DNA of 64,000 nt from the IMG/VR virus record IMGVR_UViG_2706794662_000007. One strand, given 5' to 3'. Positions 18,905-28,819 of the stretch are shown in pieces. How positions within the stretch are numbered: the stretch's first letter is position 1; every line of letters begins with the position of its first letter. A model generated the notes under the pieces. That model ran no database searches. It worked only from the letters and a program-made list of their open reading frames with translations, and was not told where the DNA came from. Source of the stretch: a virus (lineage: Duplodnaviria; Heunggongvirae; Uroviricota; Caudoviricetes). Both the position numbers and the translations under genes were made by a program.

Positions 18905-19423
18905 CTAAAAATCAAANNNNNNNNNNNNNNNNNNNNNNNNNNNNNNNNNNNNNNNNNNNNNNNNNNNNNNNNNNNNNNNNNNNNNNNNNNNNNNNNNNNN
19001 NNNNNNNNNNNNNNNNNNNNNNNNNNNNNNNNNNNNNNNNNNNNNNNNNNNNNNNNNNNNNNNNNNNNNNNNNNNNNNNNNNNNNNNNNNNNNNNNNNNN
19101 NNNNNNNNNNNNNNNNNNNNNNNNNNNNNNNNNNNNNNNNNNNNNNNNNNNNNNNNNNNNNNNNNNNNNTTTAAAGGAAGATAGGTTCCCCATAGTAGCT
19201 GTCTGCCGTGCGCTCGTGTGAAATACCGGGCCATCTTCGGATTGCTATGCTGCTTAGGAGCGCCTGGTCTGTATGTCTGATACCCGGCCAACATCCCATC
19301 AAACCTGTATAGAGGGAATGTAACAACTCCTTCGCTTTCATCGATCCACTGTCTATATGGATGCACATCATAGCGGTAGTTACGAGTTAGCAAATGAGCT
19401 TCCAGCTTTCCAAATTTAGTCAT
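18905..19423 (-). CDS. hypothetical protein (interrupted by N-run)
   Basis: Start set to MTKFGKLEAH with GAGGGA ribosome-binding site; C-terminal part and frame uncertain. Confidence 0.35.
   Translation of the reverse strand: MTKFGKLEAHLLTRNYRYDVHPYRQWIDESEGVVTFPLYRFDGMLAGYQTYRPGAPKQHSNPKMARYFTRAHGRQLLWGTYLPLXXXXXXXXXXXXXXXXXXXXXXXXXXXXXXXXXXXXXXXXXXXXXXXXXXXXXXXXXXXXXXXXXXXXXXXXXXXXXXXXXXXXXFDF
18917..19169. other. N-run
   Basis: 253 n. Confidence 1.
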
Positions 19424-19436
19424 AACTTCGCATCCC

Positions 19437-20291
19437 TCATAACACTTCCCATTTATCACCATATTTCTCCATAGCTCTTAGCCAATAAACATGGCCACTA
19501 GGCATAGTGATGTGAGGCTCGCCAAACTCTTCTCCATGTACATCAAAGATGTCCCCAACAGAAAATTGGGGGATTTCTGTTCCGTTTTCACCTATATGTG
19601 TAATTCGTATACGTTTCGGTTGGGATTGTCCACCTTTGAGCGAGTTGTTCACTGCTCTGGCAATTTTCTCCCGCAATTGCTGCGTTCCGTGATACGTAAC
19701 CGCAATATCCCGCAACTCATTCACTAGTTCTCGAATTTGGTGATCTTTAAGCTCATTATTTGGGTGATTGGTAACAACTCTGGTTAATTCCCCATTGTCT
19801 TTTGCTCTTACGTATGCAGCTCTTGTGCATTCGCCCCATGTATTACCGCCTACATTAACTTCGTAGATTAGGCTGGACTTATCTGTCAATTCGGAACAAA
19901 TACGGGCCGTGGTCTGGCAACTAGAGCATTCGCAGTTATCGCGGAAACCGTGGTCTACTGGCTTCGGTTTAACATCATCAACTTTTTCTACCCTATTGGA
20001 ATTTAAATACTTCGAAGCCTTGCTATGCCAATCGCTGGTTTTAGGATCTTGTCCATCCATCAAACGCCAGGCTTCAGCTATTAACTCATAACTAGTGACT
20101 GTAGCTTCCTGCGCATCACCAATAAGTCGTGTAATCTCTCTTTCAAGCCGACCGCCTAACTCCGTTTTAGTGCAATGTTCTGACCAATCGCCAGTCTCAA
20201 GAAGCGCGAGAATGCTTAAAATATCGTCCAATAGAACGGTAGTATTATCGACTTCCTTCTGAAACTCACCGGCTACTGATTTATGCATCAT
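19437..20291 (-). CDS. hypothetical protein
   Basis: 284 aa ORF. Confidence 0.5.
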   Translation of the reverse strand: MMHKSVAGEFQKEVDNTTVLLDDILSILALLETGDWSEHCTKTELGGRLEREITRLIGDAQEATVTSYELIAEAWRLMDGQDPKTSDWHSKASKYLNSNRVEKVDDVKPKPVDHGFRDNCECSSCQTTARICSELTDKSSLIYEVNVGGNTWGECTRAAYVRAKDNGELTRVVTNHPNNELKDHQIRELVNELRDIAVTYHGTQQLREKIARAVNNSLKGGQSQPKRIRITHIGENGTEIPQFSVGDIFDVHGEEFGEPHITMPSGHVYWLRAMEKYGDKWEVL

Positions 20292-20569
20292 TCGTCATCC
20301 TCATCCGAGTCATCCTCATCACAGGATGAGAGTAGTGGGTTAGTCATTCGCCCTACTTGAGTGGCGTAGCAACGCCGACAGAGATTGCGCAGCACACTGT
20401 ATATTTCGAACATCTCGGTTCGTTCATCGCCAACATCAAGCTCAGATGCTATAGCGTGGCATTCAGTCGCGAGAGCCGATATTTTCTGAAATAACTCTGC
20501 TTTATTCACTCTTCGACTCCTGCGGAGGTTCTGGTAGCGGCATCCAGTGAGTTGCTTGCTCAATACCAT
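20288..20569 (-). CDS. hypothetical protein
   Basis: 93 aa ORF; overlaps neighbour 5' region, low certainty. Confidence 0.3.
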   Translation of the reverse strand: MVLSKQLTGCRYQNLRRSRRVNKAELFQKISALATECHAIASELDVGDERTEMFEIYSVLRNLCRRCYATQVGRMTNPLLSSCDEDDSDEDDE

Positions 20570-21077
20570 TACCCGGCTTAATCGTTACATCTCCGCGCCG
20601 AAAGGTGATTCCGGTATAGCGTGCGGAGCATATTAGCGGTTCAACCAGAGAGCTATCGAAATTCACCGAAATAAGCACGTTCTGGCCCTTTTCAGGCATT
20701 CGCTCACTACAGCTTATCCAACCATCCGGAGTTACCGGATGGGGTCCAGCGAACTCGGGAATGTCAGGACCTTTTCTGATAGCTTTAGCCAGATCCAGCG
20801 GGTCATCGTAAAGCCAGTCGCCAGTTTGTGGGTGATTTGCTTCTGCAAGCTGCGCAGCCCATTCAAGACCATCTTTTTGACCTTGGAGATAATCAAGCGG
20901 CAACTCTTCATGATTACTTGCAGGTTCTGCACTATCAGCTTCGCGCCGCTTCTGTAGCTCTGCTGCCATCGCTCTCACGACTTCAACTGGTGCCCTTGCA
21001 GCAAACTCTATGTTGGTGATCAGCTCATTAAGATATTGCTCGCCTGGATACTGTTTCTTATCGGTTATAGTGGTCAT
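20502..21077 (-). CDS. DUF551-like phage protein
   Basis: Start MTTITDKK; C-terminal ...GITFRRGDVTIKPGNG...THWMPLPEPP resembles the DUF551 signature. Confidence 0.5.
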   Translation of the reverse strand: MTTITDKKQYPGEQYLNELITNIEFAARAPVEVVRAMAAELQKRREADSAEPASNHEELPLDYLQGQKDGLEWAAQLAEANHPQTGDWLYDDPLDLAKAIRKGPDIPEFAGPHPVTPDGWISCSERMPEKGQNVLISVNFDSSLVEPLICSARYTGITFRRGDVTIKPGNGIEQATHWMPLPEPPQESKSE

Positions 21078-21078
21078 A

Positions 21079-21465
21079 TCACTCTCCTTTTCCCTGAAGC
21101 ATAGCAGCGCGGCAGGCATTCCAGCCTCTCACCTCTGCAATAGCGGCAACAGCATCAACCGCGTACATGCTAAGAGGATTAGGCATTGGTTTTTCTTCCG
21201 GTACTACTGGAACGGGTGGAGCGGCGTAGACCTCAATAATTCCATTATCAATAGGCCATTCTCCATCCTTGAGGTAGTCACTTGTGCCGTCAACTTGCTG
21301 TTCTGCAATGTGGAATGCACCTATTGGTTTTGCTTCCAGCGATGCCAGAGCAATTCGTGCCAGTTCTTCCGCTTCTTCTGCTGGCAGTACAACGTTGCTA
21401 CCAGGTCCGTATGTTTCGCGCCACTGTTTGATTGTCAGTAGTCGCTCTTTGGTAATAGTGGTCAT
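21079..21465 (-). CDS. hypothetical protein
   Basis: 128 aa ORF starting MTTITKERLL with AAGGAG ribosome-binding site. Confidence 0.5.
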   Translation of the reverse strand: MTTITKERLLTIKQWRETYGPGSNVVLPAEEAEELARIALASLEAKPIGAFHIAEQQVDGTSDYLKDGEWPIDNGIIEVYAAPPVPVVPEEKPMPNPLSMYAVDAVAAIAEVRGWNACRAAMLQGKGE

Positions 21466-21475
21466 GTGTTACTCC

Positions 21476-21748
21476 TTAACCCGCAGTGCNNNNNNNNNNN
21501 NNNNNNNNNNNNNNNNNNNNNNNNNNNNNNNNNNNNNNNNNNNNNNNNNNNNNNNNNNNNNNNNNNNNNNNNNNNNNNNNNNNNNNNNNNNNNNNNNNNN
21601 NNNNNNNNNNNNNNNNNNNNNNNNNNNNNNNNNNNNNNNNNNNNNNNNNNNNNNNNNNNNNNNNNNNNNNNNNNNNNNNNNNNNNNNNNNNNNNNNNNNN
21701 NNNNNNNNNNNNNNNNNNNNNNNNNNNNNNNNNNNNNNNAGTTGCCAT
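21476..21748 (-). CDS. hypothetical protein (mostly masked by N-run)
   Basis: ATG at 21748 preceded by conserved junction GGAGAGTGATATG; body is n. Confidence 0.3.
   Translation of the reverse strand: MATXXXXXXXXXXXXXXXXXXXXXXXXXXXXXXXXXXXXXXXXXXXXXXXXXXXXXXXXXXXXXXXXXXXXXXXXXXXXXXXXXXXXTAG
21490..21739. other. N-run
   Basis: 250 n. Confidence 1.
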
Positions 21749-21749
21749 A

Positions 21750-22271
21750 TCACTCTCCTTTGATGCGAATGCCTGCTGCAATGCTGTTTATGATGCTGTC
21801 AGTGCATGGAGTAGAAAGCTGGGCATCTCCAGCAATTTTCATGACCTCAACATCCGCATATCGAATACCGAGGTGTATCAGACCGGCTATACCTGACTTA
21901 AGTCGAACATTTTCCATAAACAGATCTTTTTCCCGCTGTTTAGCGGCTTCCAACTCCATCGACAATTTTTCCAACTGCTCTTTATGCTTCTTGTATTCCT
22001 GATACGCGTGCCAAGACTGACCTTTGCGCACACTATCAGTGATATCAGCAACCTGCTCCGGTGTTAGCGTGGTCAGTGGCTGTGCTGGAAAAATCATCAC
22101 TTTCCCGGCATCCCAATCAAAACCCGCCTGAATTGACTGAACCTCAACTGATGGTGTTGAACCGATGCGACCAGGCGAATGAACAACGATCGTTACATCC
22201 ATATCGCGACGATGGCTGTGGTTGTTGGACAAAATACGATTCACCAACTCAGAAAATTTGGAAAATTTCAT
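21750..22271 (-). CDS. hypothetical protein
   Basis: Start [10 protein letters not shown]; C-terminus ...AAGIRIKGE encoded by the repeated junction sequence. Confidence 0.5.
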   Translation of the reverse strand: MKFSKFSELVNRILSNNHSHRRDMDVTIVVHSPGRIGSTPSVEVQSIQAGFDWDAGKVMIFPAQPLTTLTPEQVADITDSVRKGQSWHAYQEYKKHKEQLEKLSMELEAAKQREKDLFMENVRLKSGIAGLIHLGIRYADVEVMKIAGDAQLSTPCTDSIINSIAAGIRIKGE

Positions 22272-22591
22272 GCTGATCCCTCTTTCTCTCCCCGGATAAT
22301 TCTGTTGCACACATCCACACACTCGTCGCAGATGAAAACGGCGTCCCCAGCAATTAACTTTTTGACGGCGTACTGGGATTTGTTGCAGAAGCTGCAACAA
22401 AGTGTTCGCCTGACTGATAAGGATGGAGCGCCAGATGTCAGCCGCTCCATATCGTTCTTGCGACGCAATATCACACGGCTGAACTCAACCAGTTTCTCCG
22501 GGGATATCTCCTCCTCCGTAGCAAGCGCCTCTAATCGTTCGAGTATGTGGAAGGCTTTTTTCTGGGTAATTGCAGAATGCGATGTGGTCAT
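22268..22591 (-). CDS. ClpX zinc-binding-domain-like protein
   Basis: C-terminal [34 protein letters not shown] closely resembles the ClpX N-terminal C4 zinc finger. Confidence 0.55.
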   Translation of the reverse strand: MTTSHSAITQKKAFHILERLEALATEEEISPEKLVEFSRVILRRKNDMERLTSGAPSLSVRRTLCCSFCNKSQYAVKKLIAGDAVFICDECVDVCNRIIRGEKEGSA

Positions 22592-22592
22592 C

Positions 22593-23123
22593 TCACTCTC
22601 CTTTGATGCGAATGCCAGCGGCGCGGGAATCATTCCATCGCTTTACTTCTTCACGAATTACGTCAATGCATTCTTTCGAATCCATTAGGTAATCTTCATC
22701 AAAAAGACGTTCCTGTTCGTTTTCTATCGCAACAATGATTGCTTCAACTAACTTTTGTGCCTGAGAATCACTTTCTAACTCTGCTATGCGCTTACTTCCA
22801 TCCGAGATAACGCCCTCGTAATACTCACGCTGCTCGTTGAGTTTTGATTTTGCCAACTCCAGTTGTTTTGTTAGTTCCGCAATACGGCAAACATCGTTGA
22901 TACGCGTTTCCTCTAATGCGTTGATCTCATCCAGTAGTGCCAGCACGGTTTCTGGTCCGGCCAGAAATTTGAAGGCGTTGAGGGCATCAATATCAACACC
23001 GCTATCTTTAAGTTCCTGTTCACTTAACAAGTCATCATCAGCTGGCAACATTAACAGGCGTTCCATTGCTGGAATTGCACGTTCCGCCACCTCACGCAGT
23101 GCCTGGTAATTAATTTCGCTCAC
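22593..23123 (-). CDS. hypothetical protein
   Basis: 176 aa ORF ending ...AAGIRIKGE. Confidence 0.5.
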   Translation of the reverse strand: MSEINYQALREVAERAIPAMERLLMLPADDDLLSEQELKDSGVDIDALNAFKFLAGPETVLALLDEINALEETRINDVCRIAELTKQLELAKSKLNEQREYYEGVISDGSKRIAELESDSQAQKLVEAIIVAIENEQERLFDEDYLMDSKECIDVIREEVKRWNDSRAAGIRIKGE

Positions 23124-23364
23124 TGGCTGCCTCCTGCTTTTCTGCCTTCAACACCATGCGAGAACCATCATCCAGCTCCCACACTATCTCACCACCTTCA
23201 GCCATGACCAGTTGCCACACCAATTGAGCAGCCTCATTGGTAACATCACGACCTGGATCATTGCCAACGCGCATACGTCCACCTTCAACATCGCGCATTT
23301 TTGCCAGCATGATAGTTTTTGATAGCGGTGAAAAACCAAGCTGTAGTCGTGCTGAATTACTCAC
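23110..23364 (-). CDS. hypothetical protein
   Basis: 84 aa ORF. Confidence 0.4.
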   Translation of the reverse strand: MSNSARLQLGFSPLSKTIMLAKMRDVEGGRMRVGNDPGRDVTNEAAQLVWQLVMAEGGEIVWELDDGSRMVLKAEKQEAASERN

Positions 23365-23903
23365 TGGTTGCCTCCTTTGCGAAGCTGGGCAGCAAAGTCA
23401 ACTAACCACTCAGTCATTTCAACCTTCCCTACCAGGTCTGAACCAGGGTGCATACAGCAATCACTCTGCGCCGCTTTGAAATCCTTATACTCATATTCTT
23501 GGGCCACCAGATTTTTTGCAGCTTCTATAGCAGCATCCACCCCCTGCGCACGTACTTCAGCCAGAAAAGCATCGGTGGCTGGAGTCTCCGTTAATTCGCT
23601 AACCCAATTATCTCCGTGTTCCTCGGCACACATCGCATCGAATGCTCGCTCAGATTCTTTCAGGGCTGCATTCTCCGCCGCTAATGCGTCTCTCTGCGCC
23701 CGCAACTTCTCAATTTCGGCAGCCATGTAGTAACCAACCATAGCGAAGACGGCAAAAGAGTTGTCTGCCTCATCAGGCGACACTGAGGCCATTAGCAGAC
23801 CATCGTAATAATCGTGACTCCCATTGGTGATCGCCACCTCATAGGAGTCGTGGTTCTCACGCTTGTGAATGAGAACTACGGGGTTTTCGATTTTGTTACT
23901 CAT
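23361..23903 (-). CDS. hypothetical protein
   Basis: 180 aa ORF; conserved start context aaaaacacATG. Confidence 0.5.
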   Translation of the reverse strand: MSNKIENPVVLIHKRENHDSYEVAITNGSHDYYDGLLMASVSPDEADNSFAVFAMVGYYMAAEIEKLRAQRDALAAENAALKESERAFDAMCAEEHGDNWVSELTETPATDAFLAEVRAQGVDAAIEAAKNLVAQEYEYKDFKAAQSDCCMHPGSDLVGKVEMTEWLVDFAAQLRKGGNQ

Positions 23904-24041
23904 GTGTTTTTCTCTTCTTTGCTGTTACATAAGCACTACCAAGTGCTGGTTTATTTTCACAAATAAGAAAATGTAGAAAACAATTTATTTAAGGCCACAA
24001 CTTATGGCCTTTATTTATTCATGCCGAAGGATTTGTAGCGT

Positions 24042-24422
24042 CTAATTGCCGTATAAAATGGGGTGAGGTGCTTGCCAGTAGGCTCCACCGGTCCATGTGA
24101 ACCCCATGCGAATAAGAGTGTTTATTGCGGCTTTGGTAGACTCCGATTCGACACTGGCTTTACGAAACTCTTGAACCTCTTTCGCCAACCTGTATGTAAT
24201 TGTGCAGGGGACGATTGCAGCCCAGCCTTTCTCATGACTGTTAATGACCATCTGGATGTGACCATCCAGAATAGGTTGATTAGACATGTTATTGAAAATG
24301 TCTGCCTGTTTTTGAATGTGAAGAAAAAGCCTTGCCAGCTCCATTTGCTCACTACGAGACAAGGGATTATCAAGAGGGCTTTTTGCAAAAGCGGCTATAC
24401 GCTGTGCGTCAATGCCAAACAT
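24042..24422 (-). CDS. hypothetical protein
   Basis: 126 aa ORF. Confidence 0.45.
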   Translation of the reverse strand: MFGIDAQRIAAFAKSPLDNPLSRSEQMELARLFLHIQKQADIFNNMSNQPILDGHIQMVINSHEKGWAAIVPCTITYRLAKEVQEFRKASVESESTKAAINTLIRMGFTWTGGAYWQAPHPILYGN

Positions 24423-25126
24423 CAGCGCACCTCACCATCTTTATGGCTGGAGTTAACTTCCGCCATTAAATGTCTGACGTAATCGACAAGAGAGCCACCT
24501 GGTGGAATCTGGCATTCCTCAACTAACTGGAAGTAGATATCCGCAGCATTACGTGTATTGCTACCCGCGCATATTCTTTCTTCCCGAAGTGCATGAAGCT
24601 CGTTGATCAAACGGTCACACTCTCCGTTACGCTGATCCACAACAGCCTCAAGTTCTGCGACGCGTTCACCTGGCGTCTTACCTTCTTCGCGTTGGATGGT
24701 AACGACGAAATCGCCAATTGCAGGGACGTTGTAATCCAGCTCAAGGTAGTTTTTGGCACCGCTGCGGACGAACTCACCCGCGAACATGGTGGCGAACATC
24801 TCAGAGGCCATTGTGCTGTTGAAAAGTGACTCCAGATCTAACGGAGTCCCGGCAGCCAGAGCCTCTTTTGCTGTATCCATTGTATCCATGAACCGATCAA
24901 ACTCATTAGCGCGCTTTTCCAGGTCTTTCCATTGCTCGCTCCAACGTTTGGCAATGAAGTCTATGAATGTTTTCGCGGATTCATCAAAATCCCCCTCAAA
25001 CTTAACGATGCCTTTATCAATAATGATCTGGCCTACCGCATCCTCTGCATAACCTTTCAATGTAAACTTGAAAGGAAAATCAGAATGGCCTGTGACGTTA
25101 AAATGCTCTAACTGGAGGTTGTTCAT
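24422..25126 (-). CDS. hypothetical protein
   Basis: 234 aa ORF; motif B upstream at 25170-25190. Confidence 0.5.
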   Translation of the reverse strand: MNNLQLEHFNVTGHSDFPFKFTLKGYAEDAVGQIIIDKGIVKFEGDFDESAKTFIDFIAKRWSEQWKDLEKRANEFDRFMDTMDTAKEALAAGTPLDLESLFNSTMASEMFATMFAGEFVRSGAKNYLELDYNVPAIGDFVVTIQREEGKTPGERVAELEAVVDQRNGECDRLINELHALREERICAGSNTRNAADIYFQLVEECQIPPGGSLVDYVRHLMAEVNSSHKDGEVR

Positions 25127-25187
25127 ATGTTTTTCTCTTATCGTTTAGTTATTACATTCTTACACAAATTAAGTAAGTATTTACCTA

Positions 25188-26892
25188 TCATTTAACGCGT
25201 TTGAAAACGTATACGCTGACTGTGATCCCTGTGTCTTCAAACTCGTTGGTAAACGACTTCCCTCTGGCATAAACGTAATTATCCATCGTCATCCAGTCCA
25301 GTATTGGCGCNNNNNNNNNNNNNNNNNNNNNNNNNNNNNNNNNNNNNNNNNNNNNNNNNNNNNNNNNNNNNNNNNNNNNNNNNNNNNNNNNNNNNNNNNN
25401 NNNNNNNNNNNNNNNNNNNNNNNNNNNNNNNNNNNNNNNNNNNNNNNNNNNNNNNNNNNNNNNNNNNNNNNNNNNNNNNNNNNNNNNNNNNNNNNNNNNN
25501 NNNNNNNNNNNNNNNNNNNNNNNNNNNNNNNNNNNNNNNNNNNNNNNNNNNNNNNNNNNNNNNNNCCAGATCGGCGTTAATATAGGCCAGAAGATCCCCA
25601 CGTCCGGCTTGAGGCTCCAACAGCTTCTCACCAGGCTTCAATTCAGTGGCTCTGGCAACGTACTCAGCAATCAAGCGTGGGGTAGGGTAGAACTGGTGTG
25701 ATTTTGTATCCGGTATTAAACCGGTAGCCACAATCGTATTTAGCGTATGGCCGATCTCATACGGGAACTGCCAGTGCTTTTTCTCCTGCACGCCGCCAAT
25801 GAAGCTCAGTGTGCGCTCAAGCTCTTCCACCTGCGACTTCTGGAGAGCTGAATCAGAGAAGTACCATACGCCTTTGTCTTTGCTCAATCGCCCGTCACGA
25901 AGCGCAGTGCGAACCGGCACGGAGATCGTCTTCTGGATTAACCCGAACTGCTTTGGTGCCCGTGTTTTTGGCGCAGTTCGGCATGGCGCGGGGATTGCAG
26001 CAGGCATACTGTAAGCCAGCACCTCATTCAACTTCCAGGCCACGTCAGGATGTATTTCAAAGTGAACGTTGCCGTTCTTGAACATCTTCACGCGCATCAG
26101 ATTTCCATCGACGTTCATCCAGTCACCGGTCTGGCAGTCGTTTGCCCGATACGCAGCTGATAGCACCTCAGCAGTGCGGTTGATGGTAATAAATTCTTTG
26201 TGCGCGAAGAAATGAAGCAAGACACGCAGATCGTCGATGTAGTCCTCTTTGCGATAGTTCACGCTAACGCTGTCACGCCAGAAATCAGAAATGCAGTCAG
26301 CGATTATCAGACGCTCGCTGAAACCGTTTGTCTTATTTGTCTTGTGCGCAGGACTCAGCGCCTTAAACAAGCCATACACGCGCTCAGAGAGATATTTGTG
26401 CCTGTCATTCAGCAAATTAAGCATCGTTGGTATGACCGTTTCTGCTTTGAACTCCGGTACACCAACGAACTCTTTAACCTTCATCTGATAGCCGGTTCTG
26501 TCAGTTTTGATGACTTCCTGCTTGCCCTCGATAAATAGCTCACGCCACTCGTCGCGACGGGAAGCTGGCATGATCAGCAGAACGTTAGTCATATCCGTAA
26601 CCTTCCTCCAGTACTCGGCCCAAATATTCTGTTTCACCCATTCCAGATCGACGTTATCCAGCCAGACTCGATTCAAACGTGAGCGATCTTCATCTGGTCG
26701 GTGGTTTAGTCGAAGCAGGCGATTAATCATGTTGTGGCGTTCATCGCCATAAACGAAGTCGTGTACCTGATACATGAAGGAGATCTCTTTCTCGCACTCG
26801 GCCACAATTTCGTGGATGACGTTCATTTCCTGTCGATAGTCGATAGCAGTGTTTGAGCTGGCATCGCCCATGATGGAAAGGGCTGTATTCAT
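25188..26892 (-). CDS. putative N6-adenine DNA methyltransferase with large N-terminal extension (C-terminal part masked)
   Basis: FYPTPRLIAEYV followed by EPQAGRGDLLAYI (motif X then motif I, gamma-class order) just before the N-run; the catalytic (D/N)PPY region would lie in the masked part. Confidence 0.45.
25311..25565. other. N-run
   Basis: 255 n. Confidence 1.
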
Positions 26893-26995
26893 AATTGCAC
26901 CATTAAGAAATGATTTGTTTAATGATGCAATTATTTCAAAAATAAAAAGGTGCTAAATAGAAATTAACAGGCAATACTTAAAATAAAGGCATTGA

Positions 26996-27670
26996 CTAAT
27001 CATACTTGGATGTATTTATAACCAGGACTTTATTTGTATATAGTTTTTTTACATTCCATGTAACATTACTTGAATACCATTCACCATTATATATTTGGTT
27101 TCCCGTTGCGCCTGTCATTGTTACGTATACAGGTCTGTCGTAAGGTGTTCGTCTATAGTTATATACTCCAACCATTGCAGGCATTATCGCACACGGGTAT
27201 CCCATATTTATGGTAAATTGAGGATTTGTAATAGTGATAATCTCTGCATCAAGGGGCATCATCTCACCGTGATATACCATTTTACCTGCGCTATTATACA
27301 TGGCAATACCATATCCTGAATGTGGTAACACCATATCAGAAAAAGCATAAACTGTTATCGTTCCGGGGTTTCCTCCAACCTGATTCAGTCTGAGAACATT
27401 ATACCCATCTCTAAATTCATGAACGAACATCATATTCGCCTTATTACTGCTTTTTATAAAGAAAAAACATGATTTGTTCGACGGTATTGAAGTCTTAAAA
27501 ACAGAACCTTTAGACGTGGACATTGTCCCCCTATTAATCAAATTTTGCGGTGTAAATTCTGGACTCATCCACACATTACCATTTGACTGAGTAATTGACA
27601 TCCCGAACATTATTGTTATCCCCAATATGTATATATATAAGATCCAAGTCCCTTGTATAAATTTGACCAA
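26996..27670 (-). CDS. membrane-anchored or exported protein (hypothetical)
   Basis: N-terminal hydrophobic segment WILYIYILGITIMFGM; AT-rich region. Confidence 0.45.
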   Translation of the reverse strand: MVKFIQGTWILYIYILGITIMFGMSITQSNGNVWMSPEFTPQNLINRGTMSTSKGSVFKTSIPSNKSCFFFIKSSNKANMMFVHEFRDGYNVLRLNQVGGNPGTITVYAFSDMVLPHSGYGIAMYNSAGKMVYHGEMMPLDAEIITITNPQFTINMGYPCAIMPAMVGVYNYRRTPYDRPVYVTMTGATGNQIYNGEWYSSNVTWNVKKLYTNKVLVINTSKYD

Positions 27671-27897
27671 CTTACTGTATTGCCGTTAATAGTGATAGTT
27701 GGTGTAGGTATATTTACATGGTTATCGTTATTTAAAGGCATCAATGAGCACACAGCATGTAATGATTTGCCAGGTGGTGGATTTGGGTAAGTCTTAGAGC
27801 CTGACGTGGTTGTAAATCGATCAAGAAAAAAAATAGGAGTAAGGAAGCCGGTAACGTTAACTCCCTTATTATTGTAGATCCCTGTACCGTATGCCAT
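27616..27897 (-). CDS. hypothetical ORF overlapping the 5' end of the previous gene in another frame
   Basis: 93 aa ORF; may be the N-terminal part of a frameshifted gene. Confidence 0.3.
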   Translation of the reverse strand: MAYGTGIYNNKGVNVTGFLTPIFFLDRFTTTSGSKTYPNPPPGKSLHAVCSLMPLNNDNHVNIPTPTITINGNTVSWSNLYKGLGSYIYTYWG

Positions 27898-27951
27898 TTT
27901 TCATCCTTGTTTTTATCAACATAATATGGCCGATCATGCGGCCATATCAGA

Positions 27952-28521
27952 TCAATTAGAGCTTTGAAAGGCTTTGTGTGGCTGTGTTGCGAGGTTATGT
28001 CGATGGCTTAACTCACGCATCATGTCTTCAAGGCGACTCTTTGTGTCGTCGAGTTGGTCAGCCATTGCTCCTAAAAGCTGACGAACTACCATCGGATCGT
28101 CGCTGTTTAGTGATGGCATTTTATAACCCGCCTGAGAAGACATCAGATTGAATGCTGACATCAACATCGTTAGAGAGGATTTAAGCCCGGCAATTTCACG
28201 ATCTTTGCTGGCAATAATCGTCTCACTTTTGTTACTGTCATGAGTTCCTTGAGTCTCGATCACCATATCCAAAGTCTCTTGCAACTTATCAGCTCTCTGT
28301 TTTTCAGCAAGATAATGAACACCGAAATGATGTGCTAAAGCTACAACCTGAGTTGGCTCTTCAAAGGTGGACTCAAAATTAAGTGCTGTAACCACTCTCT
28401 CAAAAATGGAAACGTCTTCTATTCCTCGAAGAATGGCTAACATTTTGACAAGTTCATTAGCATCCATTTCTTCGAATAGGGCGTTTTGTTCATCAGCTAT
28501 TGCTTTGCATTTCTCGCACAT
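27952..28521 (-). CDS. hypothetical protein
   Basis: 189 aa ORF; motif A at 28538-28555 upstream. Confidence 0.5.
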   Translation of the reverse strand: MCEKCKAIADEQNALFEEMDANELVKMLAILRGIEDVSIFERVVTALNFESTFEEPTQVVALAHHFGVHYLAEKQRADKLQETLDMVIETQGTHDSNKSETIIASKDREIAGLKSSLTMLMSAFNLMSSQAGYKMPSLNSDDPMVVRQLLGAMADQLDDTKSRLEDMMRELSHRHNLATQPHKAFQSSN

Positions 28522-28660
28522 ATGTTTTCCTTAATGCTTAAACAAGTTGTTTTCTTATTGGCTTTATTGTGATGTGGCATAAAAGGGGAGCAAGCTAAAC
28601 GTAAAGGTGCAAACTCTCTATTTCGGTCAACGAAACACAATGGCCATTTGACCCTTGTCA

Positions 28661-28819
28661 TTAACACGTTGCTTTACGGACTAGCGGATAAGCGAAGTAG
28701 ATCGCCAGACCAATGAGGACGCCATCAGAAATGACAGACATCATCTTTCCCGTAAAATCCACCAACACCGCCATCACCAGAAGAGCAATGACGGTCACAA
28801 GCCGGAATCTCTCAAGCAT
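28661..28819 (-). CDS. small hydrophobic peptide (52 aa), coupled to TerB-like gene
   Basis: Manual translation MLERFRLVTVIALLVMAVLVDFTGKMMSVISDGVLIGLAIYFAYPLVRKATC; ATG overlaps upstream stop as TAATG; below ORF-track size cutoff. Confidence 0.35.
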   Translation of the reverse strand: MLERFRLVTVIALLVMAVLVDFTGKMMSVISDGVLIGLAIYFAYPLVRKATC

